From an uncultured Chthonomonadaceae bacterium (lineage in GTDB: Bacteria; Armatimonadota; Chthonomonadetes; Chthonomonadales; Chthonomonadaceae): DNA of 64,000 bases. The translations under genes were made by a program, and so were the position numbers. Where the stretch lies: NCBI GenBank assembly GCA_963835065.1, contig CAWIEK010000049.1, positions 160,001-224,000 on the forward strand. Direction: 5' to 3'. Positions 9,933 to 19,711 of the stretch are shown here, piece by piece. The notes under the pieces are model-generated. The model did no database searches, was not told the DNA's origin, and saw only the letters and a program-made list of their open reading frames with translations. Each line of letters starts with the position of its first letter. The first letter of the stretch is position 1.

Positions 9933-11123
9933 TTAGACAGCGGCAGACCGCGCTTTGAAGAAACGCTGCATCCGCGTGAGCAGGCCATTGACGCCTGCCG
10001 CGCTTGTAGACACGGGCGGTTCGTCGTAGCCCAGGCGGGCGGCGATCTGTACAATCGCGCGGGCGGCGGGCGTATTGGGCTGGAAAAGCGTAAATGGCTG
10101 CTGCGCGCGCACGGCGCGCGATACGGCGGCGTCATGCGGCAGATAGCCCAGACAATCCAAATCGCGGTTCAGAAAGCGGCGCGCAATACCCTGCAAGCGC
10201 TGCGCCACGGCCTGCGCGTCCGCTTCGGACTGCGCCATGTTAATGACCAGGCGCTGCTGGGCGCGGGGGTTTTCCTGCGACAAAACTTTAATGGTTGCGT
10301 AAGCATCCGTAATGGCGGTAGGTTCCGGGGTGGTGACGACAATCACCTCGTCCACGGCGCACAGGAAACTCATAACATTGTGGGACAGTCCCGCGCCCGT
10401 ATCCAGCAAAACCACGTCCGCCAGCGAGTCCAGTTCGCTGAGGCTCTGGATAAATTGACTGCGCCGCGCTTCATCCAGGTTTGCCAGTTCCGTCAGGCCG
10501 GAGCCGCCGCCGATGATGTGGATGCCGCCCGGGCCGGGATATAAGACTTCTTTGAGTGTTTTCTCGCCCTGCATAACGTGTTCCAGATGGAAGCGGGGCA
10601 TGATGCCAAGCACGACATGCACGTTTGCCAGTCCCAAATCGGCGTCTACCAGAATTACGCGCTGACCCCTGGCCGCGAGAGTGATGGCAAGGTTGGAACT
10701 AAAGTTTGTTTTCCCGACTCCGCCCTTGCCGCTGGTAATCGCGACAACGCGCGCAACGGGACGCGAGGAGAGGGCAGTAGCATGTGTCACCGCCAGATCA
10801 TGGGAGGCGTCACGACGGCGCGGCTGGCTGGGAACGGAAGAAATGACAGGGGGTTGTTCGCGGACGCGAACGTCTACGGCTGCCTTGTCTGTCGTAACAT
10901 GCTGTAATATGGGCAGGTCGTGAGCCATCTCCATTCCCAAATAGGATGTGCCGCGTGAGTGACCATCCGGGTTCAGCACGTCGGCGTTGGCGGGCGCGTT
11001 GCTAATGCCACTCTCTTCCTGGGATGTATCGCTTGAAAAGCCGACGGATGATAACGAACTGTCCACATAATCCTGGCGCGTCCGATTGACAAGCGCGCGC
11101 AGACCTTGAGCCTGATCAGCCAT
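9933..11123 (-). CDS. flhG: FlhG/FleN MinD-family ATPase with a long N-terminal insertion
   Basis: MADQAQGLR N-terminal motif, SGKGGVGKT, DADLGLAN, DTGAG, TPEPTAITDAYATIK, C-terminal amphipathic helix. Confidence 0.9.
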   Translation of the reverse strand: MADQAQGLRALVNRTRQDYVDSSLSSVGFSSDTSQEESGISNAPANADVLNPDGHSRGTSYLGMEMAHDLPILQHVTTDKAAVDVRVREQPPVISSVPSQPRRRDASHDLAVTHATALSSRPVARVVAITSGKGGVGKTNFSSNLAITLAARGQRVILVDADLGLANVHVVLGIMPRFHLEHVMQGEKTLKEVLYPGPGGIHIIGGGSGLTELANLDEARRSQFIQSLSELDSLADVVLLDTGAGLSHNVMSFLCAVDEVIVVTTPEPTAITDAYATIKVLSQENPRAQQRLVINMAQSEADAQAVAQRLQGIARRFLNRDLDCLGYLPHDAAVSRAVRAQQPFTLFQPNTPAARAIVQIAARLGYDEPPVSTSAAGVNGLLTRMQRFFKARSAAV

Positions 11124-11321
11124 AGCAACGCATCTCCCAGCCACACAGGGCACGCGACGGGCGCATAGGCGCAGTCGGCTGCCGTGATGACTTTGCGAGG
11201 TGTGGAAGGCAGCGCGAATCTGAACAGGAAACTGTCATAAGCTGCCACCGGACTATCTGAGGAATGTAGTCGCTATGATTGTTGGTTGTACAGCACCGTA
11301 TTTATAGGGTGAATCAGCCAA

Positions 11322-11361
11322 TTTTCGGCAGATGTTCCACATTGTTTTCGGCAGATGTTCC
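11322..11361. repeat. 17-bp tandem direct repeat in the flhG/pbp divergent promoter region
   Basis: ttttcggcagatgttcc at 11322-11338 and 11345-11361. Confidence 0.85.
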
Positions 11362-11507
11362 TCCATTGGTTTTGGCACGTACTTTTAACAGGGCGTGGGT
11401 TAGTGTACCATCCTTTCCGTTAAGAAAAGGGTCGAATCACAGCGAAAATACCTGGCTGACAAAAAATGACACCCAAATTAGAAAACTCGCCATTTTCACG
11501 GTTTCCC

Positions 11508-11536
11508 TTGACAGTTGCCGTTTTGCCGCCTATAAT
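11508..11536 (+). promoter_or_regulatory. Consensus sigma-70 promoter for the PBP gene (probably leaderless mRNA)
   Basis: TTGACA-17 bp-TATAAT, then 6 nt to the ATG at 11543; no SD. Confidence 0.85.
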
Positions 11537-11542
11537 GTCACT

Positions 11543-14173
11543 ATGACTAAGCCTGCCTCACGTCCCAAATCGGTTGCCCGCCCTGTTTCGCAGCAGCGTT
11601 CCCGGTCCGCTTCCCGCCGCAGCAGTTTGAAAAAGCGCGTGAAAACCGCGTTTGCGGTACTGGTGTTGCTCATTGAAGCGTCCGTAGCGCTGACGCTCGT
11701 GGTTGCCGTCGTTTATTTTTGGAAGTTTTCCAATAACCTGCCTACCATCGAAGATTTGCGGCAGGATGTGCGCCCGCCCGTCGCCACAACCATTTGGTCA
11801 CAGGACGGCGTTTTGCTGGGCAAACTGCAAGTAGAGAACCGCCAGCCCGTCACGCTGCAGGAAATGCCCAAAGATTTTCTGAACGCGACGGTCGCCATTG
11901 AAGACCATCGTTTTTATGAACATTCCGGCGTGGACTGGCAAAGCATAGCCCGCGCAATGGTGGCAAACTTCAGCGGCAGTAATTCGACGCGGCAGGGAGC
12001 GAGTACGCTGACGCAGCAGTTGGTGCGTAATGTCGGCACGTTCGGCCTGACCAAAGAAAAAAAGTATTCCCGCAAAATCCGCGAAGCGCTGACGGCAATG
12101 CGGCTGGAGCAGTTGTACTCCAAAGATGAAATCATTGCCCTCTATGTAAACAACATTTACTATGGCGCGGGGGCGTATGGCGTACAGGCCGCGTCGCGCA
12201 CGTATTTTGGAAAATCGGCGTACAAACTCGATCTTGCCGAGGCCGCGCTTCTGGCGGGACTGCCACAACGCCCGTCCTCCTTTACGCCGTTTGAGCATCG
12301 TAAAGCCGCGCTGAAGCGGCGCGATGAAGTGCTGGACAACATGTTCCGGTACAAGTATATTACGCAGGCGCAACTGGACGCGGCGAAAGCGGAAACGCCC
12401 AAACTGATGCCGACGCAGAAGCGCAAGGATTACAATTTCAAGGCTCCGTATTTTGTGTGGTATGTGCTGGCGGATTTGAACAAGCGGTTCGGCGCGGATT
12501 ATGTGCAAAGCGGCCTGCGGATTGAAACCACGCTCAACTATAAAATGCAAAAGTGGGCGGAAGCCGATCTGGAAAACGGCGTCAGCGCGCATGGCAGCGA
12601 CGGCCCGAATCAGGGCGCGATGGTCACGCTGGACAATAATACGGGCTATATTCGCGCGATGGTGGGCGGGCGAAATTTCCGGGTCAGCCAGTACAACAAC
12701 GTGACGATGGGGCGGCGGCAGCCGGGTTCCACGTTCAAGGCGTTCGATTATAGCGCGGCGTTCGATACGGGAGCCTGCAGTTTGTACGACAGTTTCCTTG
12801 ACAAGCCGATCCCGTATCCCAACGATCCTAGAAAAATTGTGCATAACTTCAGCGGCGACGGCGGTTACAGTTATAGCCAGATCACCTGTAAGACGGCGAT
12901 ACAGTTTTCCAAAAACACCATTGCCGTGCAGGTTGCAGATAAAGTCGGCATCAAAAAAGTGATTGATTACGCGCACAAGATGGGCATTACCACGCCCTTG
13001 CAGCCTGTTTTGCCGACCTCGTTAGGCGCATCGGAAGTGCATCCGCTGGATTTGGCATCCGCTTACAGCGTGTTTCCACTGAAGGGTAGCCGCTATCAAC
13101 CCCTCGCCTTAGTGCGCGTGTATGACCGGGACGGCAATATCGTAGATGAGCATATTCCCGAAATCCATACGGACATTCTGAAGCCGCATACGGTGGAGCA
13201 GATGGATGAGGCGTTTGAAGCGGTGGTGACGGCGGGGTCGGGAACGCGGGCGCGCGAAGACACGCAGGGCAACATCGTTGAAAACGCGCACGGCAAAACA
13301 GGCACGACTTCCGACAGCAAGGATGCATGGTTTGCCGGGTACACGCCGGAACTGACAACGGTTGTGTGGGTGGCGCAGGTTCATCATTACGATTCCAGGC
13401 ATCCGACGCGCCCGACGTATATGCCGATGCAAGGCGTGACGGGCGGGCAGGTCTGCGCTCCGATTTGGCACGACTTTATGATGAAAGCCGTGCCGGAACA
13501 GCGTAAATTCCATTTACCAGGCGTTCCGATTCTGGCGACGGCTCCCGCGCAGCCTGCGGAAGCCAAGCCTGACGAAGAGCAGCCTGTCCGCCCGCGCCGT
13601 CGTCACCAGGAGGAAACCAAGCCGCCGACAGACGCGGCGACTGCCACAAAGCCGCCCGACCAAGCGCCAAAGCCTGAAGGGGATCAACAGCCCGTAGACG
13701 GTGGCGATCCAACGCCCCCGGAGGCGGGGGAGGGGAGAACGCCGCCTACGCAGAACCCGGACACGGTTCCCACGCCGCCGCCAACGGCCACGCCGATAAA
13801 AGCAACCGCGCCGCCATCCACACCCAGAACAACGGCTCATCCGGTTGTGAAAAGCCCGGCTGCCGCGCCGAGTGGCATCGTTGCGCCGCCCTCGGCCCAT
13901 TTGACGCCCGCACGCCCGGTTCTGCCCGCGCGTGAGGAAACGGCGCGAACCGAACCTGCGCACGTCGCTCCGACAACGCGCCTATCGGCTCCGCCGCGCT
14001 TTGAACCGCCCCGGCCTGCCGCGCCCGAAATGGTAGATGTGCGGGTATGTGTTGACTCGAATCAAAAGGCAACGTTGTGGTGTACCGCGACCACGACAAT
14101 TCACGTGACCACAAAACAGGCGGCGCGGATGGGGCGATGTCGCCTGCACAAGCCACCGGCAGGAGAGGGATAG
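11543..14173 (+). CDS. Class A penicillin-binding protein (PBP1A family) with Pro/Thr-rich C-terminal tail
   Basis: Transglycosylase motifs EDHRFYEHSG, GASTLTQQ and RKIRE; transpeptidase motifs STFK, SKN and KTGT. Confidence 0.93.
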   Translation: MTKPASRPKSVARPVSQQRSRSASRRSSLKKRVKTAFAVLVLLIEASVALTLVVAVVYFWKFSNNLPTIEDLRQDVRPPVATTIWSQDGVLLGKLQVENRQPVTLQEMPKDFLNATVAIEDHRFYEHSGVDWQSIARAMVANFSGSNSTRQGASTLTQQLVRNVGTFGLTKEKKYSRKIREALTAMRLEQLYSKDEIIALYVNNIYYGAGAYGVQAASRTYFGKSAYKLDLAEAALLAGLPQRPSSFTPFEHRKAALKRRDEVLDNMFRYKYITQAQLDAAKAETPKLMPTQKRKDYNFKAPYFVWYVLADLNKRFGADYVQSGLRIETTLNYKMQKWAEADLENGVSAHGSDGPNQGAMVTLDNNTGYIRAMVGGRNFRVSQYNNVTMGRRQPGSTFKAFDYSAAFDTGACSLYDSFLDKPIPYPNDPRKIVHNFSGDGGYSYSQITCKTAIQFSKNTIAVQVADKVGIKKVIDYAHKMGITTPLQPVLPTSLGASEVHPLDLASAYSVFPLKGSRYQPLALVRVYDRDGNIVDEHIPEIHTDILKPHTVEQMDEAFEAVVTAGSGTRAREDTQGNIVENAHGKTGTTSDSKDAWFAGYTPELTTVVWVAQVHHYDSRHPTRPTYMPMQGVTGGQVCAPIWHDFMMKAVPEQRKFHLPGVPILATAPAQPAEAKPDEEQPVRPRRRHQEETKPPTDAATATKPPDQAPKPEGDQQPVDGGDPTPPEAGEGRTPPTQNPDTVPTPPPTATPIKATAPPSTPRTTAHPVVKSPAAAPSGIVAPPSAHLTPARPVLPAREETARTEPAHVAPTTRLSAPPRFEPPRPAAPEMVDVRVCVDSNQKATLWCTATTTIHVTTKQAARMGRCRLHKPPAGEG

Positions 14174-14216
14174 ATTATCGCATCTTCTGTTTGTATGCTT
14201 AGAATAAGGATGTTTT

Positions 14217-16445
14217 ATGCGTTCATTACATCGCGGTTCGCGCGATAATTCGGATACCGGTCAGAAACAGAAGGAGCCACGCGCCGGGTTTCGCCTGCAC
14301 AATGGCGTTTTGGCGCTGCATTTGGATAACAAGCCGCAGGTTCCGCTTATTGTGGATGTGTTGGCGGCAACTTCACCGGCGCAGATTGCCGCCTGTGCAG
14401 CGGGTGGATCGCGTTTGTTTCGGCTGCGGAATGTGGATTTGGGCTGGAACAGTCCGAACCGCTCTGAATTTGAGGAATTGGATTCTCGCGTTACTCGCCT
14501 GCTGGACAGCGCCCCGAATTTGAGTTTGCTGTTGGAAATCAATGTGGAAGCCCCGGAATGGTGGCGGCACGCTCACAAAGCCGAGTGCGCCGTTTATTGT
14601 CTTGCCAGAACCCGGCCTGTAGAAGCCGCAACGCCAACGGAAACCGTAGAGGCAACGCCAACGGAAACCGTAAAGGCGACGGAAACGGCAGAGGCGGATG
14701 TTCGGGAACAAGGCAGCGGGAATACGGCAACAACATCCGCAGCAACATCCACAGACAAGATTAACAGCGATGTGCCGGAGTGCGCTTCGCGGGCGTCGCG
14801 CCGCTGGCTGCTGGAAGCAGGGGATGCGTTAGGACGCTTAGTGCAGCATGTGGCGGAAGCAGCCTGGAGCGAACGGTGTATCGGGTTTCAGATAGCGGGC
14901 GGGGAGAACGGCGGCTGGCGGCATCCCGAATGGGCGCGTATGCCGGATGTGGGTCCGCGCATGAGCGAACAATTTCGCGCGTTCTGCCTGTCCAAATACC
15001 GACGCAATGGCGGGCTGCTGAAAAAAGAATGGGACGATCCCCGCGCCGATTTTGACCATATCAAGTGCCCGGACGCTTATGAGCGGCGGTACGCGGACAT
15101 GGGGATGCTGCGGGACCCGATGCGGTCACGCCGGATGCTGGATTATTTTGAGTGCTTTTACACGGCGCAAAACGAGGCCGCGCTGCACTTTTGCGCGATT
15201 GCGAAACGGGCTGGTGGCGGGCGTCTGGTCGGGCTGGCATACGCGGACATTTTGGGAGCGATGAGCAATGCCGAGGGCGGCTGGGGGCTTCCTGAAGCCG
15301 TCTTTGACGCGGAAAACGTGGACTACGTTGTTTCCGGCGCAGGCGAACCGGGTAAAACGGGTGTCGGCGCGTTTACGGGCAGTTTGAAGTTGCGGGGCAA
15401 GTTCGTGTTTTTGACGGCGCGCGATGGCGTGTCTGCGCTCGGAGATGCGGGCAAGGCGCTGGCGGTTTCGGCAGGGGCGCTGCTGCCGGCTTCGCTGTCC
15501 CGTGAACAAACCGCGCTGATTGTGAGCACGGGAGAGCGGGCGGTAAACGCGCCGGCGGCTGCGGGTAAACGCGCGGTACAGGTAGCATTGATTGTGGATG
15601 CGTTCGGGCAGACGTACATTGCGGGCAAGGATGAGGCGCGGGCGGAGTGGCAGCGCAGCGTGTGCGTTGAGCAGTTTCAGGAACTTACGCAAACCGGGGC
15701 GCAGATGGAGGCGTATCTGCTGTCCGATCTCTTCCATCCGAAATTTCCTGACCACAAAGTGACGGTTTTTCTGAACACGCTGTATCTGACTGAAGCGGAG
15801 CGGCGCAAAATTGACGCGCGCGTGAAGCGGGGGCAGCAAGTGGCGGTGTGGCTGTGGGGCGCGGGCGTGTTGTCGGAAACGGGCGTGGATGCTGAAGCGG
15901 GCGGCAGGCTGATCGGCATGAAACTGCGCTCGGAAAAGAACGCCACCAGTTTGCGAACTCGGATTGTGGAAGGCAATGATCCGCTGACGTGGGGGCTGCA
16001 TATCGGCGCAAAGGTTGGGCCGGAACGGGCTGTCGTGCCAACCTTGACCATTGGCGACAAGACAGCCACGCGGTTAGGCGCGAATTCCGCCAACAAAACG
16101 ACGTTCGCAACGAAGCGAAGCGATACCTGGACGAGCGTTCACTATGGGACGCTTCCGGTTCCCGCCAATCTGCTGCGCAACGCCATGCGGGTTGGCGGGG
16201 TGCATTTGTATGCCGAATCGGACGGGGCGGGAACGACGGTAACGGCAAATGCGCGTCTGGTGGTCGTTTCCAGTCAGCAGGGCGGAACGGTAAAAGTGTT
16301 CCTGCCGGGTGTTCACGAAGTTACGGACGCAGCCAGCAAAACACCGCTGACAGTCGGCTCCGATGTGTCCTTAACCCTTCCTCCGAATGGAACTCGCATT
16401 TTGGAGTTGAAGCCAATCGTGAGTAAAACCAATCCACCGGGCTAA
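14217..16445 (+). CDS. Beta-galactosidase/GH42-like multidomain protein, possibly catalytically degenerate
   Basis: TIM-barrel-like N-terminal part plus trimerisation-like C-terminal part (AYLLSDL..HKVTVFLNTLYLT); overall resemblance only. Confidence 0.5.
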   Translation: MRSLHRGSRDNSDTGQKQKEPRAGFRLHNGVLALHLDNKPQVPLIVDVLAATSPAQIAACAAGGSRLFRLRNVDLGWNSPNRSEFEELDSRVTRLLDSAPNLSLLLEINVEAPEWWRHAHKAECAVYCLARTRPVEAATPTETVEATPTETVKATETAEADVREQGSGNTATTSAATSTDKINSDVPECASRASRRWLLEAGDALGRLVQHVAEAAWSERCIGFQIAGGENGGWRHPEWARMPDVGPRMSEQFRAFCLSKYRRNGGLLKKEWDDPRADFDHIKCPDAYERRYADMGMLRDPMRSRRMLDYFECFYTAQNEAALHFCAIAKRAGGGRLVGLAYADILGAMSNAEGGWGLPEAVFDAENVDYVVSGAGEPGKTGVGAFTGSLKLRGKFVFLTARDGVSALGDAGKALAVSAGALLPASLSREQTALIVSTGERAVNAPAAAGKRAVQVALIVDAFGQTYIAGKDEARAEWQRSVCVEQFQELTQTGAQMEAYLLSDLFHPKFPDHKVTVFLNTLYLTEAERRKIDARVKRGQQVAVWLWGAGVLSETGVDAEAGGRLIGMKLRSEKNATSLRTRIVEGNDPLTWGLHIGAKVGPERAVVPTLTIGDKTATRLGANSANKTTFATKRSDTWTSVHYGTLPVPANLLRNAMRVGGVHLYAESDGAGTTVTANARLVVVSSQQGGTVKVFLPGVHEVTDAASKTPLTVGSDVSLTLPPNGTRILELKPIVSKTNPPG
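14619..14690 (+). repeat. In-frame tandem repeat (VEA[A]TPTET)x2-3
   Basis: gcaacgccaacggaaaccgta repeated with a 24-bp period. Confidence 0.8.
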
Positions 16446-16467
16446 ATACTTGGAGCCTATTCTACTT

Positions 16468-16490
16468 GCCGGGTGTTGAAAACACCCGGC
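16468..16490. terminator. Hairpin between convergent genes
   Basis: gccgggtgtt-gaa-aacacccggc. Confidence 0.65.
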
Positions 16491-16544
16491 AGGACAAAAC
16501 AAGCGTCTTTCAGACGCAAATGCCGCGCCTGCGAGGAGAGGCTC

Positions 16545-17786
16545 TTATCCCATTCTACGTTTTCCGCCGACAAGGTTCATAAATTCGGCGCGGGTGGCGC
16601 GATCTGTGCGAAAAGCGCCCAAAACGTGGCTTGTCACCATGTCGCTGCTTTTCTTTTCAACGCCCCGCGCCATCATGCACAGGTGCTTGGCTTCCAGCAC
16701 GACGGCAACCCCTCTCGGCTCCAGAACCTCCTGAACCGCATCCGCAATCTGCGTCGTGAGGCGTTCCTGTACCTGCAGCCGACGCGCAAACATATCCGTG
16801 ATACGCGCCAGTTTGGAAAGCCCGATAATTTTGCCGTTGGGAATATAGGCGATGTTGGCGTAACCGTAAAATGGCAGAAGATGATGTTCACAATTGTGTG
16901 TCAAATGTCCGCCGATGAGGAAGGTAGGATGTGGTTCACAGGTAAAACTGTAAACCGTATAAGGCTTTTTGCCGTCAGCCTCTAAAGATTCTACGTTCTG
17001 CACCTTGACCCACTGCAATTCGTGCAGGTCGGTTCTGTGATCTTCTTTGCGGAAACCGTGTTTGCGCTCCCAACTGTCCGCAATATACAATTTCGAGGCA
17101 ACGCCACCTGTCGGCGTGAAATGCGCCCCAACAAGTTGAGCAATTTCGTGATTGTTCACAACGAGCGGCAAGCAACGGTTGCCAACGGTTCCGTCTGCCG
17201 CCATAGCGCCGACGGCATAACCGAAGGAGTAGTTTGGTCGTGGGCGGTAACGACTTCGACACAGACTGCGTGGTGGAGTCCACTCGACTGAACGGCCTTC
17301 TAAATCTTTGGCCTCAACCCATCCGTCCGGCGTTGCAAAGGGATGGTCAGGCGTGACCTGCACAGTTCCTTTGTCCGTAATAACTGCCACAAGTTCTCGC
17401 GTTTTGTGGCTCGTGACGTTGGTGACAGTAGTTGGAACAACGCGCCCCTCGTGAAGTGTCCAGAGTTGTTCCCCGACACCGATGGATTGCGCCTGCTTTG
17501 TTCCTGCTACAGTATTCACTAGTTGCTTGCTGGGAACGCACAGGCTGAAGAACTCAATGTCGCGCACAATCACCATGTCGTCGCTGTCTTCATGGAAAAT
17601 GGCGTCGTTGACGATCTGTTTCAAGTCCTGCCCGTAACCGCGCGTCATGAACTTCATCGCTTCCGCCGCGCGGTGGGGCGTCCTCAATAACCCTTCGCGC
17701 TCCGGGTCCTCTCCGATTTCACTCAGCACACTCCGGTATACATCTTCAAAGTTTGGCACGAAATCTTTATCAAAGTTGTCGCTCAT
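16545..17786 (-). CDS. folE: GTP cyclohydrolase I (FolE) containing an intein
   Basis: [22 protein letters not shown]|...|[35 protein letters not shown]; the exteins total 197 aa. Confidence 0.95.
   Translation of the reverse strand: MSDNFDKDFVPNFEDVYRSVLSEIGEDPEREGLLRTPHRAAEAMKFMTRGYGQDLKQIVNDAIFHEDSDDMVIVRDIEFFSLCVPSKQLVNTVAGTKQAQSIGVGEQLWTLHEGRVVPTTVTNVTSHKTRELVAVITDKGTVQVTPDHPFATPDGWVEAKDLEGRSVEWTPPRSLCRSRYRPRPNYSFGYAVGAMAADGTVGNRCLPLVVNNHEIAQLVGAHFTPTGGVASKLYIADSWERKHGFRKEDHRTDLHELQWVKVQNVESLEADGKKPYTVYSFTCEPHPTFLIGGHLTHNCEHHLLPFYGYANIAYIPNGKIIGLSKLARITDMFARRLQVQERLTTQIADAVQEVLEPRGVAVVLEAKHLCMMARGVEKKSSDMVTSHVLGAFRTDRATRAEFMNLVGGKRRMG
16893..17540 (-). mobile_element. Intein (216 aa) with a remnant of a LAGLIDADG homing endonuclease
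   Basis: Starts Cys1 (CVPSKQLV); block B VTPDHPF; block C-like [11 protein letters not shown]; block [17 protein letters not shown]; ends THN before the extein Cys. Confidence 0.93.
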
Positions 17787-17856
17787 CGAACGTCGTTGTC
17801 CTTCCGGGGCGTGCCGCTGTTAGGTGAGACGCCACAGTATTTATTCTTCAGGTCAC

Positions 17857-18720
17857 TCACTCGCCGTAGTATTCAAAAATGTTGCGCGAGGTTTCGCGCA
17901 CGAGTACCCGGTAAAGGGAGGCAGGAGCGGGTATGTGGGGCTGCAAGCGCTGCCAGATGATGCGGGTAATCACTTCGGCAGACGGCACGAGATCGGCAAA
18001 TTCGGGCACGTCATGGTTGAAGTGCCGATGGTCGTAGCGGTCAATCACCTCGTGGTTGGCGATTTCATCCAAAATGTCCGGGTCCAAAACGCGCCCGGAG
18101 CGGGCATCCACCGGCCCGGCAACGGTCACTTCCACCTCGTAGTTATGGCCGTGCCCATTATCGTAGTTGCACTTGCCGAACAGTTCGCGGTTGTCTTCGG
18201 CGGAGAGGTGCGGGCTGTGCAGGCGATGCGAGGCGGAAAACTCGTAAACGCGGGTCATCAGCATACCGCCGTCCTCCTTTCTGCGCGACTTGTCATGTTC
18301 CTTATTCGCTTTTTCCGAACGCCATTCCACATAGCAAGTCGGCGTCGCTTCCAGGCGAATCGCGCTCAGTGTGACTTCATCAGGCAGGGAAAAGCGCAGT
18401 TTGTCAGCGATAAAGTCTGCTAGAGTTTCCAGAGTGACAGGGCGGGTTTCAAAGTAGACTACGCTGCGGTTGATGAACTTTCGGTCTAAAACCTGAACAA
18501 CCTGCTGCTTGACAATCTGATCTATCACTTTGATGTTGATTACTACACCCGTCTGCGGACTTATACTTCCTTTTACGCTGACATCCAGCACATAGTTATG
18601 TCCGTAAGGCTCCGGCGAAGCGGCTGCGCCAAAAAGCGCGTGATTTTCCTCTGAAGAGAGTGAGGCCAACCAATCGGCATGAGCCGCGGAAAACGTCAGC
18701 CTGCGAGTCATGATTATCAT
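17857..18720 (-). CDS. Dual-domain 6-pyruvoyl-tetrahydropterin synthase (PTPS/QueD fold)
   Basis: Two T-fold repeats: FSAAH..YGHNY and FSASH..GKCNYDNGHGHNY. Confidence 0.88.
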   Translation of the reverse strand: MIIMTRRLTFSAAHADWLASLSSEENHALFGAAASPEPYGHNYVLDVSVKGSISPQTGVVINIKVIDQIVKQQVVQVLDRKFINRSVVYFETRPVTLETLADFIADKLRFSLPDEVTLSAIRLEATPTCYVEWRSEKANKEHDKSRRKEDGGMLMTRVYEFSASHRLHSPHLSAEDNRELFGKCNYDNGHGHNYEVEVTVAGPVDARSGRVLDPDILDEIANHEVIDRYDHRHFNHDVPEFADLVPSAEVITRIIWQRLQPHIPAPASLYRVLVRETSRNIFEYYGE

Positions 18721-18736
18721 AATATAAACCCATTTG

Positions 18737-19696
18737 TTAGGCGCGGCGGTACGGGCGGCCTAATGCGGCGGGCGCGCTGCTGCGTTTCGTTCGCCATGCC
18801 AATATGAATACTGTGCCGATGTAGGGCAGCGCCAAAAATATCTGGTAGGGCAGGTGTAATCCCATTGCCTGCCCCCGGTATTGCAGGGCTTCCGCAAACC
18901 CGAACAGCAGAGCGGCAATCAGGCAGCCGAATGGGTTCCAGCGGCCTGCGGTGACAATGGCAAGCGCGATAAAGCCGCGTCCTGCGGTCATATTCGGGAC
19001 AAAGGTGTTACTGTCGCCAATGGATAAAAATGCGCCTGCGATGCCAGCCATTGCCCCGCCGACAATCAGGCATATGGCGCGTTGGCGTTCTACTCTTATA
19101 CCGGACGATTCGGCGGCGGTCGGTTGTTCCCCACAAGCGCGAATTTCCAGCCCGCTGCGAGTGCGGTTCAGCCACCACCAGACAATCAGGGCGGCAAGCA
19201 GGGCGAACGGCGTTAGAAGGGTCAGGCTGCCAGGCCAATCCAGATTCCATGTTTGCAGGCGCTTGAGCCATTCTTGAGAAAGTCCCGTATTCAGGGGCGG
19301 CAGGGCGGCGGTGCTGACGAACTGCCCGGTGGTTCCGAATAGCTTGCGGTAAATGGTTCCGGTCAGGCCAAGCGCGAGAAGGTTGATAACCACGCCGACA
19401 ACGACCTGATTGGCGCTCCAGCGTATGACAAACACGGCGAACAACAACGCAAGCAAAATTCCTGCGAACGCGCCGCAGAGAACGCCGAGATAGGGATTGT
19501 TTAGCGGCAGCCCTGTTGTGGAATGGTGTGGGTACAGGGTTCCCAGCGTGGCGGCAAACGCACCGACAAGCATCATGCCTTCCAAGCCGACATTGACGAT
19601 GCCGGACTTTTGGACGATGTTTTCGCCAAGCGCGGCGATGAGCAGGGGCGTGGCGCTGGTGAGCGTGGCCTGTAATGTTCCGGTGAATGCGTTCAT
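18737..19696 (-). CDS. Nucleoside-type (CUT2) ABC transporter permease
   Basis: GIVNVGLEGMML, GLEIRACGE, GRGFIALA motifs. Confidence 0.9.
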   Translation of the reverse strand: MNAFTGTLQATLTSATPLLIAALGENIVQKSGIVNVGLEGMMLVGAFAATLGTLYPHHSTTGLPLNNPYLGVLCGAFAGILLALLFAVFVIRWSANQVVVGVVINLLALGLTGTIYRKLFGTTGQFVSTAALPPLNTGLSQEWLKRLQTWNLDWPGSLTLLTPFALLAALIVWWWLNRTRSGLEIRACGEQPTAAESSGIRVERQRAICLIVGGAMAGIAGAFLSIGDSNTFVPNMTAGRGFIALAIVTAGRWNPFGCLIAALLFGFAEALQYRGQAMGLHLPYQIFLALPYIGTVFILAWRTKRSSAPAALGRPYRRA

Positions 19697-19711
19697 AGTA
19701 GATTGTTTATT

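Noticed and set aside
16545..18720. 7-deazaguanine (queuosine/dpd) DNA modification island
   Set aside because: No queE, queC, tgt or dpd genes, and the PTPS motif is CX5HGH rather than QueD-type
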